Of a DNA stretch of 64,000 nucleotides, positions 9,266-19,439 are shown piece by piece. This DNA is from Caldisericota bacterium (GTDB lineage: Bacteria > Caldisericota > Caldisericia > JAAYUI01). Each line of letters begins with the position of its first letter. Positions within the stretch are counted from its first letter, which is position 1. A model generated the notes under the pieces. That model saw nothing but the letters and a program-made list of their open reading frames with translations, searched no databases and was not told where the DNA came from. The position numbers were made by a program, and so were the translations under genes. The DNA lies in contig JAKPMO010000024.1 in the NCBI GenBank assembly GCA_029548865.1, forward strand, positions 32,001 to 96,000, in the 5' to 3' direction.

Positions 9266-11619
9266 TTCTTCCTCCGCGGGGTTTGGTGCTTTATGGCAAT
9301 TTTGATGACGTCAAAAACATTTTCCACAAAAACTATTTTTATCTCGGAGAGCACATCCGCCGGTATTTTTTTACTGTCAGCTTCATTGTCTTTTGGCAAG
9401 ATGACAGTTTTAATACCATAACGGTGTGCGGCCAGGACTTTTTCTTTCACTCCACCAATTGGAAGAACAGAACCTCTCAGGGTTATCTCTCCGGTCATTG
9501 CAACATCTGATCTGACAGGCAAACCTGAAATTGCAGAAACAAGCGAGGTTATTATTCCGATTCCTGCGGACGGGCCATCCTTGGGGATAGCACCTTCAGG
9601 GAAATGTATGTGTATATCGGTTTTGTCAGCGCTGTAAGATTCTGGAAGGCCAAGCTCTTTCCTGTGGCTCCTCACAAATGACATGGCGGCTGTTGCAGAT
9701 TCTTTCATTACATCGCCAAGCTGGCCAGTGAGTATCAGCTTTCCTGAGCCCTCCATCAGTGTGCATTCGATGAAGAGGACTTCACCGCCATTTTCTGTAA
9801 CGGCTAGTCCCGTGGCAATTCCAACTTCGTCCTTCTTGAGCTGGACATCGGACTTGAATATCGGAACATCAAGATAATCTGAAAGATTCTCTGGGAGTAT
9901 TGTTGTTTTCTCCAATTTACCAGTTTCAACCTTGTTTTTAGCCACCTTGCGCATGATCGAAGCAATCCTGCGTTCGAGAGTCCTGAGGCCAGCTTCCCTG
10001 GTGTAAAGTCTTATCACACCGTCTATTGTTTCATCCGGCAATTCTACATCATCTGCAGTAAGGCCATTTTCCTTTAGCTGCTTTGGTATGAGGAACTTCT
10101 TTGCAATATGGATTTTGTCATACTGGGTGTAACCAGGGATTGTGATGAGCTCCATCCTGTCGAAAAGAGCTCTGGGAATGGTGTGGGAAACATTGGCAGT
10201 TGTCACAAAAAGCACGCCTGACAAATCATAGGGAATTTCCAGGTAATGGTCGGAAAATGCAGTATTTTGTTCAGGGTCAAGTGCCTCAAGTAACGCCGCT
10301 GTAGGATCTCCCCTGAAATCCAGCCCTACCTTGTCAATTTCGTCCAGCAAAAAAACTGGGTTTGAGGAACCTGCAAGCTTTATCCCCTGGATTATTCTGC
10401 CTGGCAAGGCACCAACATAAGTGCGCCTGTGTCCTCTTATCTCGGCCTCATCCTTTATTCCACCAAGAGAAACTCTTACAAATTTCCTGCCCATTGCCCT
10501 GGCAATTGACTTTCCAAGCGAGGTCTTCCCGACACCTGGAGGGCCAACAAGGCAAAGAATGGGGCTTTTTGCTTTTGGGGACAACTTTCTGACTGCGAGG
10601 TACTCGAGAATCCTTTCCTTGACCTCATCAAGGTCATAATGGTCTTCATCAAGTATCTGTTTTGCCTGCTTGATGTCTATGCAGTCCTCGGTTTTTACTT
10701 CCCAGGGGAGCGAGAAAATCCAATCCAGATAGTTTCTTACAACAGCTGCTTCTGCCACCATTGAGGGCATTTTCTCAAGTTTGTCCAACTGCTCATTTAC
10801 GGCTTCTACAACATAGGTGGGAAGATTTGGTCTTCCTTCAAGCTTCTTTTTGAGTTCGGATATGTCATTTGAAAATTCGGAGCTGGACTCTCCAAGTTCT
10901 TTCTGGATGGCTTTGAGCTGTTCCCGTAGGTAAAATTCCTTTTGGGTTTTGTCTATCTTGTTGCGTACTTCAGATTCTATCTTGTTCTGGATATTGAGGA
11001 CTTCAAGCTCGGAGCTGACAAGATCAATGAGTCTGGAGAGCCTGTCTCTGGTTGGCTCTATGGAGAGAATTTCCTGCTTTTCTGATATTGAAAGCCCGAT
11101 GTTGGCGGCAACTATGTCAGCCATCTGGTTTGGTTCTTCAATTTCGGAGAGGCCAAGGAGCATCTCCGGGAGGAGCCTCTTGTTTATCCTGAAATATTCA
11201 TCAAACTTTCCGGTAAGCACCCTCATGAGCGCCTTGATTTCCGGGGTCATTTCAAAAGTTTCAATAAAAGGCTCAACTACAGCTTTTGTAAATTTTTCGC
11301 CATCAACAAATTTCTTGATTTTTACTCTTCTAATGCCTTCTGCAATGACCCTGAGGTTTCCATCCGGCATTTTTTGCTGGAGCTGCAATATTTCACAGCC
11401 AACACCAACATCATAAAGATCGCTGGCGCCAGGTTCATCAACCATTTCAGATTTTTGCGTACAAACCACAATCATCCTGTCATTGGCATAGGCCTCTTCA
11501 ACCGCGGCCACTGATCTTTCCCTTCCAATAATCAAAGGGACGGTCATTCCGGGGAACATGACGAGGTTCCTCAGTGGTACAAAAGGAGCTTCAGTAAGCT
11601 CCCATTTTGACCCAGGCAT
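9262..11619 (-). CDS. lon: ATP-dependent Lon protease
   Basis: [41 protein letters not shown]. Confidence 0.98.
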   Translation of the reverse strand: MPGSKWELTEAPFVPLRNLVMFPGMTVPLIIGRERSVAAVEEAYANDRMIVVCTQKSEMVDEPGASDLYDVGVGCEILQLQQKMPDGNLRVIAEGIRRVKIKKFVDGEKFTKAVVEPFIETFEMTPEIKALMRVLTGKFDEYFRINKRLLPEMLLGLSEIEEPNQMADIVAANIGLSISEKQEILSIEPTRDRLSRLIDLVSSELEVLNIQNKIESEVRNKIDKTQKEFYLREQLKAIQKELGESSSEFSNDISELKKKLEGRPNLPTYVVEAVNEQLDKLEKMPSMVAEAAVVRNYLDWIFSLPWEVKTEDCIDIKQAKQILDEDHYDLDEVKERILEYLAVRKLSPKAKSPILCLVGPPGVGKTSLGKSIARAMGRKFVRVSLGGIKDEAEIRGHRRTYVGALPGRIIQGIKLAGSSNPVFLLDEIDKVGLDFRGDPTAALLEALDPEQNTAFSDHYLEIPYDLSGVLFVTTANVSHTIPRALFDRMELITIPGYTQYDKIHIAKKFLIPKQLKENGLTADDVELPDETIDGVIRLYTREAGLRTLERRIASIMRKVAKNKVETGKLEKTTILPENLSDYLDVPIFKSDVQLKKDEVGIATGLAVTENGGEVLFIECTLMEGSGKLILTGQLGDVMKESATAAMSFVRSHRKELGLPESYSADKTDIHIHFPEGAIPKDGPSAGIGIITSLVSAISGLPVRSDVAMTGEITLRGSVLPIGGVKEKVLAAHRYGIKTVILPKDNEADSKKIPADVLSEIKIVFVENVFDVIKIAIKHQTPRRKK

Positions 11620-12869
11620 CAGGCTGTCCTCTCAAGAGACATCTCTGCCCCATCAGAGTCAATTAGAATGGGTGATTTTATTCCTTTTGCCGCATTGGCA
11701 TCAACAATGCACTTTGCAACTGTTTTCATTGAGGGCAAAGAGTAGAGCACATCAAGCATGATGTTTTCAAAAATTCCCCTCAGCGCCCTGGCGCCTGTTC
11801 CAAGCTTTTTTGCCCTCTCGGCAATCGCCAGCAAGGCATCCGGAGTAACAACAAGCTGGGCACCCTCTGCTGCAAGAATTGTTTCGTACTGCTTTACTAG
11901 GGAATTTCTTGGCTCCACAAGTATCCTTGCAAGTTCATCAGTGCTGAGATCTGAAACACTCGTTACAATCGGAAAGCGGCCAACAAATTCCGGTATCATG
12001 CCAAACTTGATCAAGTCGTCAGGAGTGACCTGGGAAAGCAGTGATGATTCCTCAATCTGTTCAACCGGTTGCCTGTTATATCCTACTTGCCTTTTGCCAA
12101 GCCTATTGGCGATTATTTTTGGGAGTGATTCGAACATCCCGCCAATAATGAAGAGTATCTTTGTTGTATCAACCTGTATAAACTGCTGTTGGGGATGTTT
12201 TCTTCCACCCTGCGGTGGAACATTGCAAACGGTCCCTTCAACCATTTTCAAAAGTGCTTGCTGAACGCCTTCGCCAGAAACGTCTCTTGTTATTGAAGGG
12301 TTCTCAGATTTTCTTCCTATCTTGTCTATCTCGTCTATATAAACAATGCCGACCTGTGCAGCATCAACGTCCCAGTCCGCCGACCTGAGGAGTCCAAGAA
12401 GGACGTTTTCGACATCTTCGCCAACATAGCCAGCTTCGGTGAGTGTTGTTGCGTCTGCGATTGCAAAAGGAACGTTGAGAATTTTTGCAAGTGTTTTTGC
12501 TATCAAGGTCTTTCCTGAGCCAGTTGGTCCAATGAGCATAATATTGGATTTTTCAACCTCAACGCCGGTTGATTTGAAGCCAAGCACAGAACGGTAATGT
12601 TTGTAAACTCCAACAGATATGACTTTTTTGGCCTGGTCCTGGCCAATGATGTGGCTGTCGAGTTTTTTGTGTATCTCCTCTGGAGGAGGAACATGACCAA
12701 TGCGCCTTTTTATTTTGCGGGTCGACTCGTCCTGCAAAAGCTTTGAGCCAAGATTGATGCAATTTTCACATATCAGGGCACCATTGCCCTCCATCCCGCG
12801 AACACCAATAGACAATGGCTGTCCACAGAAAGAACAGATTTGTTGCTTATCTTTTTCTTCTTCAGACAT
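11619..12869 (-). CDS. clpX: ATP-dependent Clp protease ATPase subunit
   Basis: Zn finger [37 protein letters not shown]; start taken at ATG 12869. Confidence 0.97.
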   Translation of the reverse strand: MSEEEKDKQQICSFCGQPLSIGVRGMEGNGALICENCINLGSKLLQDESTRKIKRRIGHVPPPEEIHKKLDSHIIGQDQAKKVISVGVYKHYRSVLGFKSTGVEVEKSNIMLIGPTGSGKTLIAKTLAKILNVPFAIADATTLTEAGYVGEDVENVLLGLLRSADWDVDAAQVGIVYIDEIDKIGRKSENPSITRDVSGEGVQQALLKMVEGTVCNVPPQGGRKHPQQQFIQVDTTKILFIIGGMFESLPKIIANRLGKRQVGYNRQPVEQIEESSLLSQVTPDDLIKFGMIPEFVGRFPIVTSVSDLSTDELARILVEPRNSLVKQYETILAAEGAQLVVTPDALLAIAERAKKLGTGARALRGIFENIMLDVLYSLPSMKTVAKCIVDANAAKGIKSPILIDSDGAEMSLERTA

Positions 12870-13461
12870 TTTGCTTGCCAACTGACTCTATGACCTTGTC
12901 AACGAGCCCGTACTCTACGGCTTCCTGTGACTCCATGAAGAAGTCCCTTTCGGTGTCTGCCTGGATTTTGTCCAATGGCTGGCCTGTATGTCTGGCAAGA
13001 ATTTCGTTGACAGCCTTCTTCATCCTGAGCATTTCTTTTGCCTGTATTTCAATGTCTGTTGCCTGGCCCTGCGCACCACCTGCGGGCTGATGGATCATTA
13101 TTCTGGAATGTGGAAGAGCAAAACGCTTCCCTTTGGCGCCTGAAGCCAGGAGAATAGCTCCCATCGAGGCAGCTTGGCCAATGCAGATCGTTGATACTGG
13201 TGCAGAAATGTATTGCATGGTGTCATAAATGGCAAGGCCAGATGTTATCACACCGCCAGGAGAGTTGATGTAAAGGCTGATTTCTTTTTTGGGATCTTCG
13301 GCATCGAGATAGAGCAACTGGGCCACTACAGAATTGGCTGTTGCATCTTCGATCATTTCGCCGCCAAGAAAAATTATGCGGTCTTTAAGGAGTCTGCTGT
13401 AAATGTCATATTGACGCTCACCGTAACCGGTTTGCTCAATAACCCACGGAACAAGATTCAT
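12862..13461 (-). CDS. clpP: Clp protease proteolytic subunit
   Basis: [35 protein letters not shown]. Confidence 0.98.
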   Translation of the reverse strand: MNLVPWVIEQTGYGERQYDIYSRLLKDRIIFLGGEMIEDATANSVVAQLLYLDAEDPKKEISLYINSPGGVITSGLAIYDTMQYISAPVSTICIGQAASMGAILLASGAKGKRFALPHSRIMIHQPAGGAQGQATDIEIQAKEMLRMKKAVNEILARHTGQPLDKIQADTERDFFMESQEAVEYGLVDKVIESVGKQNV

Positions 13462-13469
13462 GGTTCACC

Positions 13470-14738
13470 TCACTGTTTTTCTGTGAGCTGAACCTTCCCC
13501 ATCAAATACTCGACGGTTTTTCTTCTTCTGATAATTCTGGCGAGGTTTTTCCTGACCTGCTCATCGTTTTGGTCTATGGCCGGTCTTCTCGCATCCTTCA
13601 TTGCCTTTGAGATTGCTGCAATTTCCTGGTCAATCTCTTCTTTTGAAACTTCAATGGAATTTTCTTTTGAATAGTCGTCGAGTATAACATCCAACTTGGC
13701 TTGGTTTGTTGCTTTTGGGGTTAGTTCAGCCCTGAGCTGCTCCTCATTGATAGCTCTTTTTTCCATGTACATTTCAAGTGTGATGTTCTTTTTTGAAAGG
13801 TCCCTGGCGAGCTTTTCAATTTCATCATCAACAGATGATTCAACGAGGTTTTCTGGCAACTCAATATTTGTCTTTTCAAGTAAGGCCTTGGCTATCATGG
13901 ACTCAATATACTCCTCTTTGGCGTCCTTTGCCTGTTCAAGAAGCTCATTTTTTACAATGTCCTTCAAGGCCTCAACGTTTTCAACATGTAGTGTCTTGGC
14001 GAAATCATCATCAAGATTTGGCAATATTCTTTCTTTTATTTCGCCTATATTAATCTCAATTTCAACAGGTTCTTGCCCAGAAGAAATCTCGGCCATGACT
14101 CTTTTTGTATCACCCGATTTTACACCGACAAGATTTTTGTCAAAATCTTTGACAAAATCTTCCATCCCGACTTCTACAAGTTCTTCTTTTTTCCTGTCAG
14201 ATGCTCTTCCATCTGTGATAACAGACCACTTGAAATAAACAAAATCACCCTTTTTGGCTTTTCTGTCCACAGGGGCCATTGAAGCGTATCTGCCTCTGAT
14301 GTTATCGATGGCTTTTGTCATATCTGTATCGGTAACATCAAATTTTGGAACTTCAATAGCAACTTTGGAAGGGTCTGCAAGCTCATAATCCGGGATAAAA
14401 AAGATTTTTATTGTAAGATTGAGTGGGCCATCACCTTCAAAAGAATCAACTTCAAAAGTTGGACTTCCAACAACTCTGATTGTTTTTCCTGAAAGCATTT
14501 CTTTGAGAGCTTGCCTTGCAGCAATCTCCGTGAAATCTTCTTTCATTGACTCAATGCCAACGTGCGTGGCGAAAATCTTAAAAGGGGCTTTGCCAGGTCT
14601 GAATCCGGGGATCTTTATCCTTGAGACATTATCTTTGTATACCTGTTCAAACCCTTGACTCACCTCATCAGGGGTGAAGGTGGCCTTTCCAACTAGAGTT
14701 GTCCGGCCCTCTGGATTTGTTGTTATTTGCATGTTCAC
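13470..14738 (-). CDS. tig: Trigger factor
   Basis: IPGFRPGKAP ribosome-binding signature, position before clpP; start may be ATG 14732. Confidence 0.92.
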   Translation of the reverse strand: MNMQITTNPEGRTTLVGKATFTPDEVSQGFEQVYKDNVSRIKIPGFRPGKAPFKIFATHVGIESMKEDFTEIAARQALKEMLSGKTIRVVGSPTFEVDSFEGDGPLNLTIKIFFIPDYELADPSKVAIEVPKFDVTDTDMTKAIDNIRGRYASMAPVDRKAKKGDFVYFKWSVITDGRASDRKKEELVEVGMEDFVKDFDKNLVGVKSGDTKRVMAEISSGQEPVEIEINIGEIKERILPNLDDDFAKTLHVENVEALKDIVKNELLEQAKDAKEEYIESMIAKALLEKTNIELPENLVESSVDDEIEKLARDLSKKNITLEMYMEKRAINEEQLRAELTPKATNQAKLDVILDDYSKENSIEVSKEEIDQEIAAISKAMKDARRPAIDQNDEQVRKNLARIIRRRKTVEYLMGKVQLTEKQ

Positions 14739-14747
14739 CTAAAACTT

Positions 14748-14822
14748 TGGAGCGGAAGACGGGACTTGAACCCGCGACATCCACCTTGGCAAGGTGGCGC
14801 TCTACCGCTGAGCTACTTCCGC
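14748..14822 (-). tRNA. tRNA-Gly(GCC)
   Basis: Reverse complement GCGGAAGTAGCTCAG...CTTGCCAAG...GTTCAAGTCC...CTCCA; cloverleaf, CCA encoded. Confidence 0.97.
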
Positions 14823-14834
14823 GCCGCTATTTTT

Positions 14835-14920
14835 TGGTGCGAAGGGCGGGACTTGAACCCGCACAGGTTTAACCCTACTGGATCCTAAGTCCAGCGCGTC
14901 TGCCATTCCGCCACCCTCGC
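14835..14920 (-). tRNA. tRNA-Leu(TAG)
   Basis: GCGAGGGTGGCGGAATGGCAGACGCG, anticodon loop CTTAGGA, long variable arm, CCA encoded. Confidence 0.96.
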
Positions 14921-14953
14921 GCACGAACCTTACTTTCAAACTACGAGTTTGGT

Positions 14954-14981
14954 AGTATAGCAACAAAAGTTAACGAATCAA
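14954..14981 (-). promoter_or_regulatory. Putative sigma70 promoter for tRNA-Leu/Gly-tig run (TTGATT-16-TATACT, extended TG)
   Basis: Minus strand ttgatt cgttaacttttgttgc tatact. Confidence 0.55.
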
Positions 14982-15943
14982 GGGGTGCTTGATGCAACTT
15001 TTTCGGAAAGAGAGGACCAGGCGTCATCGCTGGCAAGCAAGATTGCATCTGGTTTGAAGAAGGCCTGAACCAATCCAAGATTACTAAAAATCCTTATTTC
15101 CTCGCCCTTGAACATGGGGACTGTTGTTCTTATTGTTTTTACTTCTTTTTTAATAAAACCGGACAATGACGAATGGACAAGTTTTGCCATTATTTCGGCA
15201 GATTTGGGAATTGGCATGCAACCGAGTGCAAGAATTTCCCCATACTCTCCTCTATCAATCGCAAGAACTGCACCAGCAAGTCTGTTGCCCCTCAATGCCA
15301 TAAATGAAATTGAGCCATCAACCTTGCCACCAGAGGTCTCTTTTTGCTCTAGAAGCCACCTATATCGTGGTTCCCTCTCAGGAAGTTCTTTGACTATTTC
15401 CAAGTCTCCGAGATCTGATGTTGCAATGACCTGGGAAGCCTCATTTTCAAACTCTTCTCTCCAGGGGGAGATAGTTATTCCATCTATATTTGGAACTTGA
15501 GGAAGCTCACCTTTTGCCCATATCATTTCAATTTGTGGCTGGACCATAAACCCAAGAGAAATCAGCGGCCTGGAAATATAATCTTCTTTACCAAAACAGA
15601 TTGACTTAAATTCGATCACTTCAAGGGGGGACTGTTTGACAAGCTCGCGATAACACTCACGAACCATTTCACTTACAATTAATCCTCTTTCAGGATCATC
15701 CACGATCAACGTCGAAACGATGGAGCCAACTGTTTCTTTCCTGCTAACGCACATATATCCGACAAGTTTTGGGCCTTGTATTGCAGTTATTACGATATCA
15801 ACAGATTTGATTGGCTCGCGGACACTCTGCTCAATTATCTCGTTTATCTCACCCGAAAATGAAAGATCTGAAAGTTCCCTGTGGGCAAAATCGAGAATCC
15901 TTCTTTTATTCCCGTCCCAAACTGATATTTGTGTTTGTTTCAT
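14978..15943 (-). CDS. Tandem GNAT-fold protein (degenerate CoA-binding motifs)
   Basis: Two repeats of the GNAT strand pattern (KLVGYM; SFMALRGNRLAGAVL..GEILALGC; IFSNLGL). Confidence 0.6.
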   Translation of the reverse strand: MKQTQISVWDGNKRRILDFAHRELSDLSFSGEINEIIEQSVREPIKSVDIVITAIQGPKLVGYMCVSRKETVGSIVSTLIVDDPERGLIVSEMVRECYRELVKQSPLEVIEFKSICFGKEDYISRPLISLGFMVQPQIEMIWAKGELPQVPNIDGITISPWREEFENEASQVIATSDLGDLEIVKELPEREPRYRWLLEQKETSGGKVDGSISFMALRGNRLAGAVLAIDRGEYGEILALGCMPIPKSAEIMAKLVHSSLSGFIKKEVKTIRTTVPMFKGEEIRIFSNLGLVQAFFKPDAILLASDDAWSSLSEKVASSTP

Positions 15944-15951
15944 CTAATTTT

Positions 15952-16027
15952 TGGTGGGATGCACAGGACTCGAACCTGTAACCGCCTGATTAAGAGTCAG
16001 ATGCTCTACCAATTGAGCTAGCATCCC
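15952..16027 (-). tRNA. tRNA-Lys(CTT)
   Basis: GGGATGCTAGCTCAATTGGTAGAGC, loop CTCTTAA, GTTCGAGTCC, CCA encoded. Confidence 0.97.
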
Positions 16028-16038
16028 GTTTTGGTTCT

Positions 16039-16112
16039 CGCGCCTAGCAGGAGTCGAACCCGCAACCTTCGGATCCGAAGTCCGTCGCTCTATCCAGTTG
16101 AGCTATAGGCGC
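16039..16112 (-). tRNA. tRNA-Arg(TCG), CCA not encoded
   Basis: GCGCCTATAGCTCAACTGGATAGAGC, loop CTTCGGA, GTTCGACTCC. Confidence 0.94.
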
Positions 16113-16118
16113 AACAAG

Positions 16119-16192
16119 TGGGCCTAACAGGATTTGAACCTGTGACCTACGGTTTAGGAAACCGTCGCTCTATCCAACTGAGCTATAGGCCC
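16119..16192 (-). tRNA. tRNA-Arg(CCT), CCA not encoded
   Basis: GGGCCTATAGCTCAGTTGGATAGAGC, loop TTCCTAA, GTTCAAATCC. Confidence 0.95.
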
Positions 16193-16210
16193 GTTTGTAC
16201 AATTTTCAAC

Positions 16211-16284
<74 letters not shown>

Positions 16285-16293
16285 ATACATAAA

Positions 16294-16370
16294 TGGTCGG
16301 GGCGAGAGGATTCGAACCTCTGACCTTTTGGTCCCAAACCAAACGCGCTACCAAACTACGCCACGCCCCG
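16294..16370 (-). tRNA. tRNA-Pro(TGG)
   Basis: CGGGGCGTGGCGTAG, loop TTTGGGA, GTTCGAATCC, CCA encoded. Confidence 0.96.
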
Positions 16371-16406
16371 ATGTCCCGGTTGCAAAGTTCCGCAACAAGA
16401 AAAGAA

Positions 16407-16434
16407 TTATAATTGTCTAATGTTTAATTTCAAG
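16407..16434 (-). promoter_or_regulatory. Putative sigma70 promoter for the five-tRNA cluster (TTGAAA-16-TATAAT)
   Basis: Consensus -10 about 36 nt upstream of tRNA-Pro. Confidence 0.65.
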
Positions 16435-16435
16435 T

Positions 16436-17152
16436 CTATAAGCCTAAGCGTTCCTTTATCGTCTTTTCAAGTGCGTTTGTTTCAGGATCGGACGCGTCAA
16501 GCATGCCAACTTTCTCAACAATCTGGTTTCCCTTGTCATCGAGTAAGGTAAAATTGGGGATACCCTGTTGAACAAAGACACCACCGACTTTCCCACCACT
16601 GTTGTCCCAGAAAACATTATATCCTATTCCTTCTTCTGTGGCGAAAGTTCTTGCCTTTTCAAGATTTTCTTCTGAATCTATATTGATTCCAATAATCACA
16701 AGCCCCTTGTCGCCGTATTTCTTCTGCCAATCAAGAAGCACAGGAGTCGAAGCACGACATGGTGAACACCACTGTGCCCAAACGTCTATGAGATAAAGTT
16801 TACCACCGAGTGAGGTTAGTTCCTTTTCAAAACCTTTCTCATCAAACCAAACTACGCTTTTTGACAAGCCGTCAGTTTTTGCCAATGAGACTGGAGAAAA
16901 CCAGTATGAATTTTGAGTCTTGGCACCAGATGGCTTTGCAAGATCGATTATTTCTTTCGGGTTTAAACCCTGGTTTTTATCTATATCTGTCTGATTCTGG
17001 TCAGATTGTTTTTCTTCCTGGTTGTTTTTAGGGAGTTGTTGTTCTTGCTGTGCTGGCATCTCATCGATAATAATCTCTCTCTGCGGACCACAAGAAGCAG
17101 CAAAAAAGACCGCCACAAAAAGGGCGATTATCATAGCTATATTTTTTCTCAT
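16436..17152 (-). CDS. TlpA/ResA-like thiol-disulfide oxidoreductase lipoprotein
   Basis: Lipobox FAASC, DVWAQWCSPC (CxxC), GIPNFTLLD cis-Pro loop. Confidence 0.9.
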   Translation of the reverse strand: MRKNIAMIIALFVAVFFAASCGPQREIIIDEMPAQQEQQLPKNNQEEKQSDQNQTDIDKNQGLNPKEIIDLAKPSGAKTQNSYWFSPVSLAKTDGLSKSVVWFDEKGFEKELTSLGGKLYLIDVWAQWCSPCRASTPVLLDWQKKYGDKGLVIIGINIDSEENLEKARTFATEEGIGYNVFWDNSGGKVGGVFVQQGIPNFTLLDDKGNQIVEKVGMLDASDPETNALEKTIKERLGL

Positions 17153-18402
17153 TTTTTCACCTCAATCGTTTTTGTCTTATCATCGTAAGATATTTGTGCG
17201 CCAAGCATTTCGGAAACAAATCTCAAAGGCACCATTGTTACACCATTACACATTATTTGTGGAGGCACCGAAGATGGCATGAGTTTTCTTTTTCCGTCAA
17301 CGGTGGCGTAAGGATCACCTATTACCATTTCAATCACCTTTGGTCCTGTATAGGAAATGGTGACCTTTCTTTTGGTCGCATCCCAGGAGGTCCTGCCTCC
17401 AAGTGGCTCAACTATTTCCTTTACAGGAACAATCGTCCTGCCATTTTCAATCTTTGTAGGACAACGCAGTTTTGTGCCAACTCCATCCACATAACCAACA
17501 TAGCTGCCAATTGTAAAAATGATGACCTTTTCTTTCTTTGGATTGGCAGCATTTGTTACTTTTTTCTGGAGTTTCCCCAAATAGTCGTATGCAGACAGTG
17601 TTCCACCATCGGATGACGAAGAAACAATCACCCAATCCTTATCCTGATTGACACAAAGAGAACAGGAGGAAGCGCCAACGGCAAATTTCCTCAAATAATT
17701 CCCATCTTTGTCAAACACTTTGACGTTTTGGCCATCCAGAACAAAGAAAATATCTTCATTTCTTGAGGCATCTATTGCAATCGGTGAATTTAATATCTCA
17801 CTCTGAAAGCTCGAAAGATACGACCCAGAAGTAGAATATTTTTTGATGCTTTGTGAGTCTACCGCATAGATTTGCTTTGATGTTGAGAAATAACATGCCT
17901 TGGGCGAAGAGAGACCCATTATCTCGTATCTAAACTTTCCATAGTCATCAACCACAGCAATCTTCTTAAGTTGAGGATCCACAATAGCCACCCAATAATC
18001 GTCATTTGAACGCAAATAAACAATTTCTGAAGGATTTTTTGTTTGTCCCTTGGCTACACCCACAGGCAATATATTTCTTTTAAAAACATAGTTACTTTTG
18101 GGATCAATCTCAAACATTTTGGTTTGGGATGTTGAAGATGAAACAAAAGAGATTTCGCCAGCACACCAGCAAACAGTGATTGAGCTTGCCCTCATTTGCT
18201 GTAGTTGTGATTGCGAGATGATAGTTTGCTGGTAATTAAGGTTTTTATCAAACTTCAGGACTTTTTGACCTGAAATATCCAATACGAAGGTGTTTCCGTA
18301 AGCATCACAACTTGAATCCAGTGGTTGGGATGATATACCCATGGTGGGTATAGGCATCATAATCAAGGAAAATATTACAACAAACGACAACCACTTTTTC
18401 AT
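17149..18402 (-). CDS. Secreted NHL/beta-propeller protein with C-terminal copper-amine-oxidase-N-like (stalk) domain
   Basis: Signal peptide MKKWLSFVVIF, repeats VKVFDKDGNYLRKF, C-terminal GRTIVPV..TMVPLRFVSEMLGAQISYD; start moved to ATG 18402. Confidence 0.8.
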   Translation of the reverse strand: MKKWLSFVVIFSLIMMPIPTMGISSQPLDSSCDAYGNTFVLDISGQKVLKFDKNLNYQQTIISQSQLQQMRASSITVCWCAGEISFVSSSTSQTKMFEIDPKSNYVFKRNILPVGVAKGQTKNPSEIVYLRSNDDYWVAIVDPQLKKIAVVDDYGKFRYEIMGLSSPKACYFSTSKQIYAVDSQSIKKYSTSGSYLSSFQSEILNSPIAIDASRNEDIFFVLDGQNVKVFDKDGNYLRKFAVGASSCSLCVNQDKDWVIVSSSSDGGTLSAYDYLGKLQKKVTNAANPKKEKVIIFTIGSYVGYVDGVGTKLRCPTKIENGRTIVPVKEIVEPLGGRTSWDATKRKVTISYTGPKVIEMVIGDPYATVDGKRKLMPSSVPPQIMCNGVTMVPLRFVSEMLGAQISYDDKTKTIEVKK

Positions 18403-18461
18403 ATTTAATTTTTTATCCTCTTTGAATATTTTTGTCAAGAGCCAAATGGGGGGGTATATAA

Positions 18462-18489
18462 AAAAAGGCCCCTAAAAAGGGGCCTTTTT
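18462..18489 (-). terminator. Intrinsic terminator after ornithine carbamoyltransferase
   Basis: AAAAAGGCCCCT-AAAA-AGGGGCCTTTTT. Confidence 0.85.
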
Positions 18490-18503
18490 GTTGAAAATGG
18501 TTA

Positions 18504-19439
18504 TCAGAGGACAAGCGCCAAAACTGCTTTTTGAACATGCAGCCTGTTTTCTGCCTCGTCAAAAACGATTGAGTATGGGGCATCAACAACCTCATCGACA
18601 ACTTCTTCACCCCTGTGCGCTGGCAGGCAGTGCATGAAGAGGGCTCCACCGCTCACTTCCATGAGTTTTGGTGTTACCTGATACGGCATCATCCTCTTGA
18701 CTCTCTCGGCATGCTCAGCTTCCTGGCCCATTGAGGCCCAGACATCAGAGTAGATAACATCAGAATTCTGAACGGCTTCGATTGGATCATGGCTGACTTC
18801 GATGGTTGCACCGGTGAGCTCTGCATCCTGAAGTGCATTGTCCCAGATAGTTTTATCAGGAAGATCGCCCTTTGGTGTGCAGATAACACAATCCATTCCA
18901 ACTTTTGCGCAACCTTCGATAAGGCTATTTGCCATGTTGTTGGCGCCATCGCCCATATAGACGAGCTTTCTGCCACAGAACGAGCCAAATTTTTCCCTTA
19001 CCGTGAAAAGGTCGGCAAGCACCTGGCATGGGTGAAGAAGATCAGAAAGGCCGTTGACCACTGGAACTGAGCCGTATCTTGCAAGGTCAACAAGTTTTTG
19101 GTGCTGGAAAACCCTGGCCATAATTCCATGAACATACCTTGAAAGAACTTTTGCAGTGTCAGCGATAGATTCGCCACGGGCAAGCTGAAGGTCATTTGAG
19201 GAGAGATATATCGGGTGGCCACCAAGCTCATGCATGGCAATGTCAAAAGATAATCTGGTACGCGTGGAGGGCTTTTCAAAAATCATTGCAAGGGTTTTGC
19301 CTGCAAGGATTGGATTGATGAGCTTTCCAACCATTCTTTCAAGTTTGAGTGTGCGGGCAACATCAAATATCTGTTCGACTTCTTCGATGGTGAGATCGTG
19401 AATGGAAAGAACTGACTTTCCTTTCATGTTTATTGCCAT
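18504..19439 (-). CDS. argF: Ornithine carbamoyltransferase (ArgF/ArcB)
   Basis: FEKPSTRT, HPCQ, DVWASMGQE, FMHCLP, EAENRLH. Confidence 0.96.
   Translation of the reverse strand: MAINMKGKSVLSIHDLTIEEVEQIFDVARTLKLERMVGKLINPILAGKTLAMIFEKPSTRTRLSFDIAMHELGGHPIYLSSNDLQLARGESIADTAKVLSRYVHGIMARVFQHQKLVDLARYGSVPVVNGLSDLLHPCQVLADLFTVREKFGSFCGRKLVYMGDGANNMANSLIEGCAKVGMDCVICTPKGDLPDKTIWDNALQDAELTGATIEVSHDPIEAVQNSDVIYSDVWASMGQEAEHAERVKRMMPYQVTPKLMEVSGGALFMHCLPAHRGEEVVDEVVDAPYSIVFDEAENRLHVQKAVLALVL

Noticed and set aside
6389..11619. Inteins, recoded stops or programmed frameshifts in recA, lon and neighbours
   Set aside because: Proteins are of normal length and uninterrupted; short gene overlaps are explained by translational coupling
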